A stretch of DNA of 63,857 nucleotides, counting the filler, from Conidiobolus incongruus B7586 (taxonomy: Eukaryota): the NCBI GenBank assembly GCA_000697335.1. It is 5 parts of 5 records of this genome, joined end to end, with 100 filler letters (N's around TTAATTAATTAA, not from the genome) between each part and the next. Parts side by side here need not be neighbours in the genome. Positions count along the whole stretch, not along the records: positions 15,454 to 42,398 come from JNEM01006121.1; positions 42,499 to 55,659 come from JNEM01006122.1; 3 more parts are not named here. The stretch is one strand, 5' to 3'. The notes beneath the pieces were generated by a model. The model saw only the letters and a list, made by a program, of their open reading frames with translations, searched no databases and was not told the origin of the DNA. The translations under genes and the position numbers were made by a program. Positions 39,501 through 54,434 of this stretch are shown in pieces (the stretch's first letter is position 1; each line of letters begins with the position of its first letter).

Positions 39501-40119
39501 TATTTATTTTCCTCAATATGATCTCAAAATCCTGATTAACTAACAGTTTTCATTCCTAATTTATCCTTTCAAACTCTGTTCTACCAATAACAATTAACTA
39601 TGAAAATACTCTCAAAAACAGTCTTAGTAATATTCACAAAGATTTTCATATCAGTCCAAGTAAAGTCCTTTAATAGTGAATAATTAAAGATAAATATATA
39701 TATATATATATGTTATCCAATTTATAATCTAATTTGAATAAAGTTAATAATTTTGAATCAAGATAACATTGGATTGATGTTTATATGCTGAGTATAAAAT
39801 TGGAATGAAAATTTGATTTTTTATATTACGTTGATTATACTCAATTAAATAATTAAATAAATTTATACATGTATTAAAATTAACTAAATTAATTAGTAGT
39901 ATATAATAATGATAATAACTGAAAATTAAGTTCAATAATAACCCATCATTCTTCAACCTTCACCATTTTTTAACCTTGGTAAATCATTCGATTAGTCCAA
40001 AAGAAAGCAACTTTTAACCATGTCAGAAACTGTTTGATTGAAATACAAACTAATCATTTATCAAAACATAAACCTCATTCTAAGGTGTTGATTATCCAAG
40101 ATTTAACCGGTTTATTATC

Positions 40120-41032
40120 ATGACGGGTTCCGCTACTTCTGCTACTCCAACTTCAAGCGTCCCGGAATATGTTAAGGATGGTCTTTTGACAATTTTTGTT
40201 ATTCATGGTATAACTGACTTCATACTTAATATACTATTTTTATTATATTATTAAAAAGGATGAAGAGAGGAGCTTACTTTGACATTAAACTCTGCACTTC
40301 GGTAGCCAATATCTAGAGCTGTGTATCTGTTGGATTATTATTTAAGGCAATATTAGCCAAGTACCAATAAAACATTTTTAAACTCCACCTATAACGCTGC
40401 AAATTTCATGTTTTAAACATTGGTCAAATCCTCATCTAATCTAGCTACTATTTAGCAGTCATGGCCCTTGAGCGCTTTTACTTGATTTGCTTCAATAATC
40501 ATATGCCAGTATATTTCGAGTTTGAAATGATTGCCATCTTCTATATACTTCACCTTTGATTTGTATCAGTTTCCATCATAAGCGATCACCAAATTATGAT
40601 GAAACTAAAACCAATTGTATCTGTACGCCGAAGGTGATATTTTGTTCTTGATACTATGTGAATATGACTTAATCTTTTAATTCATTAATTTCAGTCATCC
40701 TAAGTTATTGTGATATAGGGATGTAGAAACGTTAACAATATTCGAATCATGTTCCTTTCAATGCACCTAAAGAGAAAATACACACTAAATTTCATTCCAC
40801 CCTTACCAAATCCTTAATTAGCATTTTATTATATATTCTAGTGTTTCAAGGAAAATAATATGTAATAGTTTATGAGCTATCAACTGTTAGTAAAAACTTA
40901 ATTTTAAACATCTGTTCTAAAGACTTAATATCCAATAATGCAGTTGTTAATGTATTAATCCTTTGTTATATTGATCAGAATTTGATGGAAATATTTTTGG
41001 AACTGTTACAAATTTCTAATTCGAATCATTAA
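40120..41032 (+). pseudogene. Decayed intronless rhodopsin-like 7TM/GPCR gene
   Basis: Fragments in shifting frames: TM1 (GLLTIFVIHGITDFILNILFFIILL), TM3 with DRY-like motif (SSYYLAVMALERFYLICFN, ~40441-40497), TM7-like (AVVNVLILCYIDQNL). Many stops and frameshifts. Confidence 0.65.
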
Positions 41033-42398
41033 AAGATATCTGCATTTTTACAAATATCAATACTAATCTATCTCAAAATACAATATATAATTAATTCTCA
41101 TCATTTTCTAAGTGACTTCATTTCATATATTCCATTCCGATGCTTATCAATATATTTAGATATTTAACAATATTTCAAGATCAAATATCTTTGTTAAAAA
41201 GATTACCTCTCCTAAAATATAATTCAAAGCATTTTTAAATGATTTTCTAAAGCAAATGCTGATAATTCATTAATAATTGATGAATCCAATTGAAAGCATG
41301 TTTACTAATCCAAAAATAAAAATATTTATTATTATTATAAATATAATTATTACTATTCTAACAACGTTGATCGAAGAGACTTTTTGATTCATTATTATTT
41401 TATGATTCTAGTCAATGATTTTGAAATTTATATACTATTATCAAATCAGTGGTGGCAATAATCCAAATTTAAAATATATTTATTGTAATTATCTAAAGAC
41501 TAAATAAATACAATCATATTGAGCTACACTAATCTTTAATATAAAATTAATTAATTAAAATAAATATTACAAATAACTTTTACTAAAATATTATATAAAT
41601 ATATATTGATTATAATAAATTTAAAATAATAATTAAGTCATATTATCAAAATATAAATAATAAAATATATTTAGTTTCTATATTATATAAGATTATTATA
41701 TATTATTCAAATTATTTTTAACTATAGTTATAGATTATATTCAAAATAAAATTATAGTGAATAATATAATAATTAATTTCCAAGGATAAATAAAATTTTT
41801 GACTTAATATTAAATATAGTATTAATTAAAAAAACTAAGTCTAAATAAATATATTCATAAGTTTGAAAATAATATTATATATAATATATATTGGTTATAA
41901 ATAATTTTTATTTAATATATATATCAATAAATTTAATATTTAAAGAACCCAGTATTATACTAATAATAGATACTTTCATTTATTAACTAAATATATATAG
42001 TTATTAATTATATATATTATTAAATGATGATATTTAGCTATTAATTGGTTAAAATATAAACACTTAAATTTTACCTAGGGTGAGTTATAAATTTGTAAGT
42101 TTTTAGTGATAATAAAAATTAAAACTTAATGTATTTATCTTTAACTTTTCTAACTTTTTTAATTTATTGTTTAAAATACTTTAGTATAATTTAATATTAA
42201 TTCCCCTATTAACTTTATAAAGATACCTTATACCTAAAGATAATATATATTTTTAAATAATAATTAACTTATTATTATACTTTTAGGTAAAATTAACATA
42301 ATAATTATAAAGTAGTTTTATATCTTTTTTAAAACATCTAGTTTTTTATTAAATTTATTAAAGTATATTTTTGTTTTATTAGATTAAATAACTTTACT

Positions 42399-42498
42399 NN
42401 NNNNNNNNNNNNNNNNNNNNNNNNNNNNNNNNNNNNNNNNNNTTAATTAATTAANNNNNNNNNNNNNNNNNNNNNNNNNNNNNNNNNNNNNNNNNNNN
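42399..42498. other. Artificial contig-join spacer
   Basis: 44 N + TTAATTAATTAA + 44 N. Confidence 0.97.
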
Positions 42499-44480
42499 AA
42501 AAGGAACAGTATGTTCACCCATAGAAGGATCACGGGGCTTGTTGGGGACAGTCAAGGTTTCATGATGATCAGCAGGTAAGTTTTCAATAACAACCTTAAC
42601 GGGATTAATTACGGACATCAAACGAACAACGGTTTCGTTTAAATAGTCACGAATGTGATTATCTAATCTGGCGACATCAATAGTGGTAACAGCAGTAGTG
42701 ACACCAACTTCCTTGACGAAAGAGTTAATAGCAGCGGGAGGGACACCACGACGTCTTAAAGCAGGTAAAGTGTACAAGCGAGGATCATCCCAACCATCAA
42801 CTAACCCCTTATTAACCAATTCTAAAACTTTACGTTTACTCAAAACGGTGTTGGTGACATTAAGACGACCATATTCCCACTGGACTGGTTTGTAAACTTC
42901 AACAGCGTCACATAACCAGTAGTAAGATTCTCTGGACTGGATGAATTCAGTAGTACAGAGGGAGTGAGTGATATTTTCAAAGGAATCGACAAGACAGTGA
43001 GTGAAATCGTATGTAGGGTAGATAATCCATTCATCCTTGGTACGATGATGAGGAGTGTAGAGAATACGATAAGCAACCAAATCCCAGAACTGAGGATTGC
43101 CACTTTCTAAATCCATCTTCATTCTTAAAATAGCTTCACCAGATTTGTATCCTCCATTTTTCATCTTTTCGAATTCAACTAAAGATTCTTCAATTGGTCT
43201 ATCGCGGTGAACACAGGCAGTTCTAGGTCCCTTTTCAGCACCACCACGGTGAGCAAAGATCTCCTCAGCAGTACAGTGGCACACATAAGCCTTACCGACT
43301 TTAATTAACTTAATAGCAAGCTGATAAAGTTCATGGAAATAGTCGGAAGAGTAAGTAATAGCGTGAGGCTTGAAACCTAACCATTCAACAGTTTCCTTGA
43401 TGGAATCAAAATAAATTTCTTCTTCAGCTTCGGGATTGGTGTCATCATATCTCAAATAACAGATACCATTGTGAGCTCTAGCATATCCAAAGTTGACATT
43501 GATAGCTTTGGCGTGTCCAATGTGAAGGAAGCCGTTAGGTTCAGGAGGGAAACGTGTGCGTACAATACCACCAGTAGCCTTCAAGTGCTGTTCCATTAAT
43601 TCGGGTTTAATCTGCTTGTTACCTCCAGGTTTATGAAGACGAGCTAATTCACCTTCAAAGAATAAGGAGGCAGAAGCCAAGAATGGATCTTTTTCTTCTT
43701 CTTTTTTGGAGTGAGCGTGTTCATCAGCACTCTTTGCAGCTTCAACTTTGGGAGTGGGTTCGGCAGCCTTCTTCTTTTCCTTGTTTTTACCCTTGCCCTT
43801 AACAGGAGCATCTCTTTCATCCTTAGGTCCAATGATGGCTAAGACCTGAGCTTCCAGTTCATTCTTAATCAAACCACCGTTAGCCCACTTCAACTCAGGG
43901 TGGTGACGCAACTGAGCCAAAAGAGGTCCAAGGAGACGATAACGCTCTTCTTCGAGCTGAGCTTTCTTTTCAGTTAATACGCTTCCGACAACCTGTTTGA
44001 TCTGTTCAGGAGTTACAACAACGCCTTTGAATATTTATTTAGAAGTGATCTAAATTGTTAATATTTTTTGATAACTTACCAACGCCACAGAAAGTGTCAA
44101 ATTTACCCTGATCAACAGTATTTTCAGAAGAATTGTCATTGAAATACTGGATAGCAGCTAAATTAAATTAGATTATTATCAAATTAATTTAAGCAAACTT
44201 AATTATATATACCAGAAATCTGATCACCAGTGGTAAGTTTCTTTTTAGCGATCTGATCAGCAATAAACTCAATTTTAGGTAAAGCATCTTTGGTAATAGT
44301 AGAAGCAAGAGTGTAGAATAAAGGTCCAGATTCTAATTTTTCTTCAGGAGAGAGCTGCTTCAAAGGCTCGCTATCTAATAAATTGTCCAAAATAGGACAA
44401 AGTTTTTTGTTTTTAGTAGTATCTTTAGCTTTAGCTTCGCTTAAACCGATTGACTGAAATTTGACAATAAGGTCTTCCAT
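42499..44480 (-). CDS. GLN4: Glutaminyl-tRNA synthetase (3 exons seen), 3'-truncated by gap
   Basis: TRFPPEPNGFLHIGHAKA (HIGH), YPTYDFTHCLVDS, LSKRK (KMSKS-like), WDDPRLYTL; eukaryotic N-terminal domain from ATG at 44480. Confidence 0.97.
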
Positions 44481-47246
44481 GATAAATAGACCGATTCAAC
44501 TATAGAAATACAGAAATGTTAATAAAAGATTTTGAATATTAAATGAATCAATGATTGATTTATTATTTATAATTATTTTTGTTCAACTTACAGATTTAAA
44601 GGAATCAATTCAATAAGTTTATCATGTAATCATTTTATACATTAATAGATAAGAAAATTATAATTGCCTAATTTGGTCGTAATATTTTAAGAGATTGATT
44701 TTTTAGTTGTCAATTTTCTACTCCAATCTTTCTCATTTTCTAAATAGTATCGTTTAATTCCTCCTAATAGTAATACATTACGCCAATTAAATATTAATTA
44801 TATAAACATAATTTATAGTATAGATTATATATAGTATTGATTTAAATATAATGAAACTTCACTCATCAGCATTTATATTACTTATAAGCCATCTCAAATA
44901 CTTTTCTTATTTTATGTTGTGAATTGTTCTTGATATTATAATTGTATATAAAAAATTCAATATGTTTATAATAAATTATTCAGGCTACCTTATATAGTAA
45001 TATTTTACTGGCTGTATATTCATTGATATTCTGAAAATTATATTGACATTAAATATTTTATGTCTATTAATTTATCCAAGTATGATTTTTTTATTTGAAT
45101 AAAAATAATCATTTAAGGATAGTATATTAAATCTAATAATTGAACTATAGTATTTATTCACTTAAAAAATCTATTTATATATAAACGTCAATTAAGATAA
45201 TGAATAATCATTAATTTTTTTTCAATTTTGATAAATTTTGTTACAATTAATATTGCATATAAATCATATAGAATAATGAGCTTATTTATTAAATATCGAA
45301 TGCAAAATAATTATCATTTTTTTAAATGTTATAATTTCGACATGAATTCATATATTTAAATATTTAATTATATTTATGAGTCAATAATATCAAAGTATTC
45401 AAAATATTCATATATTATGCGTACTTAAATTGCAAAGTTTGAAATAAACCAAAATTTTCAATAATCATTGGATATTAAAAAATTAATGAATATTATTGTA
45501 TATTGTTTATTATAAATTTATTGATATACATTCAGTAAATATGAACTTGGTAAATATTTTGATTGAAGTAAACCGATTTCAATTATTTAATCATTTCAAT
45601 ATATTTTAAAACTTTATAATTACTGATAAATATCGAATTAAAGGCTCTAAAATTATAATATTTAAAACTAATCTCTTCATTATTAATCTTGCAATAATCT
45701 CGAGGAGATTAACAAAATTTTAAAATAATACACTAATTTGTTAATAAAATGTAGTTAGTTAAATTCATTTATAATTTATAATTTATTATTATTATTGATA
45801 GCACTGGATACTCTATGTCATCAAATTTATAGAGCTAATATAAAATTTTTAAAATATTTAATTCTATTAAATGCGAATGATTGTATCAACAGTGAATATA
45901 TCCTATTAATAATTCACTAGAGTTGAAATATGCTTTTTAAAATTTTATTAAAATAATCATTTTTAATTATAAAGAAATAGCTATGAAAAATATTTCTGAT
46001 TAATGAATGATTACTATATATAGATTTTGCCAACTTTTATTTTCATAAAAAATTAATTTTATATGAATTAAATGATATGGCAAATAAGTTTCCTTGATAC
46101 TGAATATATGAAGTGCAAAATACTTAAAATGTTTTCTATAAAATGTTGAATCTTTCAAATTTTAGCTTGAATTAAATTTTCGTGTAAAATCCAATCACTT
46201 GAGGGGATTTAAAAGCTTAAGTTGCTTAAAATATTTAAATTAATTCTAATAATTTGGTTAAATATGATTAATCACAAATTTGAATTATAAAAGTTGCGAA
46301 TATTCTGCAAATTAAACTTGAATCCAATTGCTTAAATTATAGTGGGCCATATTGGAGAAACACTGTGGGATGTTTTAATGAATAAAGATACATTTTGATC
46401 AACTTTGTATTATTTGGTTCGATGGCAAACCGTGATTTTGAACAGTAATCCTCAAGGTGGATATTTAAATATTGAAGATTATATATTATTAAAGATTGAA
46501 TATTAATTTATATAGTCAATGATAATAATTTGTATAAATTATTTCTACTCATTGATATTCAACCTTATTAACTCCGCATTAAAAAATTACCGTTTTTGTA
46601 AATCGGAATTAAAATATTATTATTGGATTGTTAACAAGAATTAGCTTACAGATTAAATAAAATCCGAAATCATTCAACTTAATGGAGATATATATTGTTA
46701 AATTGTCTATTTTAATATTTTAAATAAATGAATTTTTTTATTTTTGATAATATTTAATATTAAAAATATTTTAGTACCGTATTTTTAATTAATTTTTATA
46801 TTCCAAAATGAATTGGTTCACACAATTTCGATTTAGTCAATTTTCCAGCAGTACATAAACATTTATTCAACTTTATTTTAAATGTAATAAAATGTTAATT
46901 CTATATATTTGAAATGTTGAGATGTTGTTTGTTGAAATACTTGCAATTATTTTATAAACTTAATAATAATTTAAATTCTAATAGAAAAACTTTCACAATA
47001 CTTGATTTCTCGTAAAAAGAAAATGTTGAAATCACGATGCAATATTTAATTGAGTGAACATAAATTAATGATATAGGATTGATATTAAGTTTAATTTAAA
47101 CATCAGATACTATTAATAAATATATGTTATATTACATGTTGCTCGTTATAATATAGTTATACTCCTGTATATTTCATTAAGAATTAGTATGATAATATGT
47201 TTATTTGTATATATTAAATATTTTAGCTAAATGTCCTAATGTAATG

Positions 47247-48685
<1,439 letters not shown>

Positions 48686-49030
48686 AATTTCAAATTTAAT
48701 TTGGATATGAAAAATAGATCAATTGTAATAATGAACAACACAAGGTATTTATACTTTTGATTCATAATTCCTTATTAAACTAGCTTCAAAAAGAGGTATG
48801 GGATTGATGAATTTGGTTGACATTAAAAGCGGTATTTTTGATTTTATAAAGAAATATATGATTATCTTCATCTTTTAATAATCATCCAATTTTAACAAAT
48901 TAAATTTATTATTCAATATCAATATAGATATTTCAAATTCAAAATAACTTATTATTTTTTAGTTTTTGACCATATTAGTTAAAAAATCAATATGAAGTCA
49001 CAAAAAGAAATTGAATGCAATTCGAAAGTT

Positions 49031-49038
49031 TCACGTGA
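49031..49038. promoter_or_regulatory. E-box TCACGTGA ~350 bp upstream of ERG10
   Basis: Perfect palindromic bHLH/SREBP-type site in AT-rich promoter DNA; function inferred. Confidence 0.3.
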
Positions 49039-49876
49039 TACTTTGGTAAATCAGTTGATGATTATGTAACCAATTTCATATTATCAAATTTCGACCAAAA
49101 ATTCGGATAACTAATAGTATTATCATTATCCAATATGATTGGCTTAAAGAGAATCTGAGATACAAATCCATCCAATCATAAATTTTCAAATTTTTTCCAA
49201 CTTATCAATTCAATTTGGATAACATTTATTTGAATTAAAGTTAATTGAACGGGGCGAATTTGAACAAAGATCAAAGTACTTTAAATTCAACTAAAAATCT
49301 AATGATTTTCCTCACTTTCAAAGTAAAGATCATGCTATTTTTAATCAGGTATAATAATCATTATTCTATATAATAAAAATATGAATAATTAAATAAATTG
49401 AATTCACTAATGATAAATAAATTCTTTATGGCTATTTTGTTTCAATATTGATGGTTTTAGAATTAACTTCCGAATTTTAAATTATATTGTATAGAATTTA
49501 TTATCTTTGAAGAATTATAAATTCGAAATTTTGAAAGAATAATTGAGTCAACTAGTGATAGAAAGAGATGTAGATATAGGTTAAAGAGTTTTTATTCGGT
49601 ATGTATTATTTTAAATTGACTGATTTTTGAATCTCAACGTATAAATAAATATTTTTATTATACATGGAATGCAAAAGTACCAGATTTGAAGTATTAATTG
49701 AAAATATAATATTGAAAGAAGGAATAAGATTGATAGTATGTGGGAATGTAGGTGAGAAAATAAGAATTAAAATTTATAAAAAAGAATGGGAAGGAGGGAT
49801 AAATTTGAAAAAAAATATTTGGTTGTTTGGGGTTAATATCTTTTAATAAAATAATATATAATTAACTATGATTGTA

Positions 49877-49949
49877 GCCCGGTTAGCTCAGTCGGTAGAG
49901 CATCAGACTTTTAATCTGAGGGTCGTGGGTTCGAGCCCCACATTGGGCG
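49877..49949 (+). tRNA. tRNA-Lys (TTT)
   Basis: GCCCGGTTAGCTCAGTCGGTAGAGCATCAGACTTTTAATCTGAGGGTCGTGGGTTCGAGCCCCACATTGGGCG. Confidence 0.97.
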
Positions 49950-50659
49950 AATTTGTTATTTTAAATCATATATTTTTATTTTTCGCGATAATCATATTAA
50001 TGACATACTCTTTTTATTAATATGGTAGTAAATAATATATTGTTCAATCTTCATTTTTATACACATATACCATTAATCTATTATTTTATTATATGTATAA
50101 TTATAAAATTTATTTTGATATTTAATTAAATATCTTTTCTCACATTTTCATTTTTCAAAAACAAAATATCAGAAATTAGATAATATTGATTTAATCTTGG
50201 AATGAATTTTAAATATATATTTTGAATAAAATATTAATTGTAATAGAAAATTTATTTAATCAAGCATGTAAATAAACATCAATTTATTATGTTGATTAAT
50301 AATGCTTTAATAATTGTACATTAATAAAGTGATAAAAACAAGAATATTTATTAATTATCAAATAATAATCTACTTTGTTAATAAATCAATCTTTTTCTAA
50401 ATTATTCAATATAAAATTCAATATTATATGCAATAATATAAAATAAATTATCAAAACATAATGAAATTTTAAAATTTATGAAAAATAATAAATATATATT
50501 CTCTCATTTTATATATAATTTAATAGGAATTTTAAAATCAATCATTTGAAACTACAAATATTATATGGAATTTTATAAAGATGGAAATAATAATAATAAT
50601 AATAGCTAGTGCAATATAAAAGTTGAAATGATAAAATTTAGGGTCTAAAATGACAAAAA

Positions 50660-50728
50660 CGGAGAATTGGAGTATCGATACTTGTGTCTTTCGCATGCTA
50701 AGCGAGCACTCTACAATTTTAATTCCTC
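50660..50728 (-). pseudogene. tRNA-Ala (AGC) pseudogene
   Basis: Reverse complement GAGGAATTAAAATTGTAGAGTGCTCGCTTAGCATGCGAAAGACACAAGTATCGATACTCCAATTCTCC keeps the Ala anticodon arm (TCGC-TTAGCAT-GCGA) and the ATCGAT T-loop, but the 5' D-stem is deleted. Confidence 0.7.
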
Positions 50729-50881
50729 TTGAAACCTGAATTTTAGAAATATATAATATTTGAAAAATTATTTGTTTAAAAATAAACTTTACATATAAAT
50801 TTTTCAATTTATTGTATATTTCATCATATTATTGATAAATTCAAAATTGTTTATTACTATTAAGTGATTTGAAATATAAAT

Positions 50882-53800
50882 TTAATGATTTAGAATTTGT
50901 AGAGAAGTATTTGCATATATGAATGGAATACCTCCTTCGTTTTTAGGTAATAAATTACCGCTTTGGTTCACTTCATTTAGTTCAATATACCATGGTCCAA
51001 TTTCAATTTGAATGGGAGCATTCATTATATCAACGACAGGCTTAACATTGGGATCTAAATCGGTTAAACTGCCTGGATAAATTGCCAAGATGAGTTCATT
51101 AGCTTCATCTTCTTTCAGGATACCATCCATGATATAGAAATGCTTTTGAGGTCCAATATTGTTACCATAATATCTTCCAATAAGCATCTTATTAACCCAT
51201 ATGTAACCAACAAATGGTCCTTTCAAATGAACTTGCAAGGGATAATTCAATTCAGTGGGAGAAGACAAAGATTCTTCAGAAAGGGGATGGCGGAATTTAC
51301 AAGAGTACCAAGTAACAGTGGAGTGATTGATTTGAGACATGGAGGTCAATGGTTCAGAAGGAGACCAATCTGAGGAGGAATGGATTGTGGCTTCATCAAA
51401 TAAACCACTGCTTTGATAAGCATTGTCATGCTCTTGAGCATCAATACCAGTAACGTACCACCTTGGAGGCGTAGTGAAATTGAGATTGGACCAAGTAGCA
51501 TGTAATAAACCTCTGGGATTTCTGGCATCATCGAACATCATACTTTGACGGTTAATCCCAAAAGATTCAGTCATAATAATAACCTTATTTAGCTCAGATC
51601 CTGATCCAATAGGGAATTTCAAGAATCTGGTAACATCAAAGGACTTATATCTACCAGGAAGAAGCTCGGGTCCACAGTGACAACCAGGCATAAAGATCTG
51701 ACGAGAGAACACTGTCATACTACCTGCATAATGACCGTTTACCCAAACTGTACCTCTGTGACGAAGATCTAATTTGAGGTAAACAGGAGATGAAGGCTGG
51801 GGTTCTGTGATTTCAAAAGTGGACATGTATGTGCAATGACCTGTGGTGTATCTTAAATCAATTGCATTCAATTCAAATTTAGAACCATTTTGAGCTATAG
51901 GAGTCCAAGGTGCTTCATCCCATTGTGTATATCTAACCTTCCAATCGGATATAGCACACTCTAAATTATTAGGAACAAGATCATTAGGATAGTTTAATGG
52001 AAGTTCAAAGATAAATGGTAATCCTTCAAATAATGCAGATGGCTTGAATCGAGAGTCAGCAATTGGAGCAGAGTCTGTTTTCAGTAAAAAGAGTTTAGAA
52101 GAGTTGGATACAGATGGTTTCAAGAATTTGACATCCAATTGTCCAGTAGATTTGTCTAAATAAGTATCATAAGCGCCCCAAGTAACAATTTCAACATTAT
52201 CGTAATCTTCAGAGTCATTTGAGCTTGATTGAGTCCAATGATAGTCGTCCTTGAAAGAAGCATTGAGAGTTAGAAGGTTTGATTGGTTTAATGTAATTAA
52301 GTACAAATTGCCGTTTTTAGAATTCTTGGGGCAATTCATTGGTTTTAAACTAATCCATCCTTCGCCTTCACCAATTGAGAAGACTGTAACTCTATCTTCA
52401 TCTTCGGGACGAGTTTGAACATGAATATTACCGCTAATATCATAATGACCTTCAAAAGCTAATTCACTTGTATACAATTCATCTGATGAGGGAATAATCC
52501 AAACTTCATGATTTTTATCATCTAATACAAATCTATGACGAAGAAGAATAGGAACAGCTGAAAATAACAAGTGAGCCTTATTGGCAGCTGTATAATTTCC
52601 AAGAGCAATAAAACTATGCTTGTAGGGCAAATAACATTGCAAAACAAGTGGAGTTCTACCTTCTAAAGTTTGCAAATCTGAATTCATAAATAATTGAATA
52701 TCAAATAATGGATTCTCATTTTCGCTAAAATTTCTAATCAGTGTGAGTTCAACATCTTGATTTGGTAAATATCCAGTTTCTCCAAACCGATCTAAATAGG
52801 CCTCATAACATCTCTGACTACTAATAATATTCGATTCAGAAGCAGTAATGAAGGGAAGATCATCCCTTTGCGTGCGAACAAAATATTTTTCAAAAGTACG
52901 GTACATTAGAAGACTTTGACGTAGTCGGCGCATTCTTCCAGAAATATGGCCATATTCTCTTATGCAAGCACCATAATCATATGAAGTATAAACATCACTA
53001 AAATGAAGATGACCAGTTAAAAAAATTAATTATAATATAGTCAGCCATTATTGTACTTACGGATCACCTAATGTTCCCCAATTAGTTCCACCATAAACCA
53101 TATATAAAGAAACCATGGTGAATCCTTGAGCTACGACGCTATCAAATATCATTTTTGTAAAATGCTCACCAAAGAACGAATAATTATGATCATAAGTAGT
53201 TTTCAAACAGTTATGGCTAAACCATCCACCTTGTAATTCTGGAATCAATAAAGGAGTTTTGGCAGCTTCGCCTCCAAAAGATCTCACTTTATCTTCGAGA
53301 TGATCAATTTGGGATGCGAAGGAATCAGGATCCCACTCTCCCCAATTTTCAATTTCTAATTCTTTAAAAGGTCCAATCGGATCAGGAGAAGCAGATGGAG
53401 GAAAGGCTAAGTTCATTAAGGTTAGATATTGTAAATTTGACCTATGCTGATTTAAGTGGGACTTACTTGCATATTTATCAAACCCATACCAATCTAATCC
53501 AAAACTCCTTGGAGATATCCATTTAGTCCAAAGGTTATCCTCTTTATTATTTTCTGGTCTAGATACATATCCCCCTTCTTCCCAAGGATCATTTGTAAAC
53601 AGCGGGACAGTTATTCCAAGATCTCTGAATAGACGATCATTAATATCAGATGTGATATAATCAACAAATACATTATTACCTAGTAAATTTAGCCAAGCTT
53701 TTCATCTCATCAACAAATCCAATAGGCAACCAACCCCAAAATTCGAATAATTCATTTTCTAACTGAACAGCAAGAATACAGCCATCTTCCTTTTCAGTAA

Positions 53801-54434
53801 TTTGATGCTTTTTTAAAATAGGCATAATATGATCTATCCATTGTTTAGAATACTCAGCAAATTTGTTGTCCCATAGTTTAAAGAGCCAATTCATATGTCT
53901 CAAACGAACTTCTCTCTTGGCAATTAACCATAATGGGAATCCACCGCCTTGGGTTTCAGCACAAATATATGGACCAGGAGCTGCTAAAACAAAAATTTTT
54001 AATTTTGAACACAATTGCAATAAATAATCAATATCTCGATTTCCTTCGAAGTTATAAACTCCTTCTTTAGGACTGTGATATCCCCAGTGAAAATAAATTC
54101 TAATACAGTTAAAACCACAAGACTTGTAAGTTTTCAAAATTGATTCCCATCTTGAACGATCGGGTACCCTCCAGTAGTGAAATTCACCACTAATTAAAAA
54201 AATTCTTTTACCGCGTATAAATAAACTGTTAGCATCGTAAGCCAATATATCCCTATATTTATCTTGTTCAAAAGAGAAATCGCGGTCGGTATACGGGTAT
54301 TGAGAGCGGCTACGGATATTATAACGAATTCTAATAAATAATAAAAATGCAAAAAGACCAGCAACAATAAACAGAGCAGTTTTTAGTATTACTAGAATAC
54401 TACAGTATAAATACCAAAATATCGTTGAAATCAT
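50882..54434 (-). CDS. GH35 beta-galactosidase-like protein with N-terminal membrane anchor (4 exons)
   Basis: LISGEFHYWRVP, YFHWGYHSP, PGPYICAETQGGGFPLWL, QLENE (acid/base), PELQGGWF (nucleophile), YMVYGGTNWG, TSYDYGA; C-terminal jelly-roll domain (IGRYY...GPQKHFY). Confidence 0.92.

Noticed and set aside
34953..39956. Short I/L/F/N/K-rich ORFs (34953, 36628, 39744; also 49664, 50538, 57946)
   Set aside because: Expected by chance in very AT-rich DNA, with no recognisable domains.
16225..44480. Functional linkage of tRNA-Gln with GLN4, or of tRNAs with BRF1
   Set aside because: tRNAs are dispersed through the whole window, and GLN4 is on a different assembly piece.
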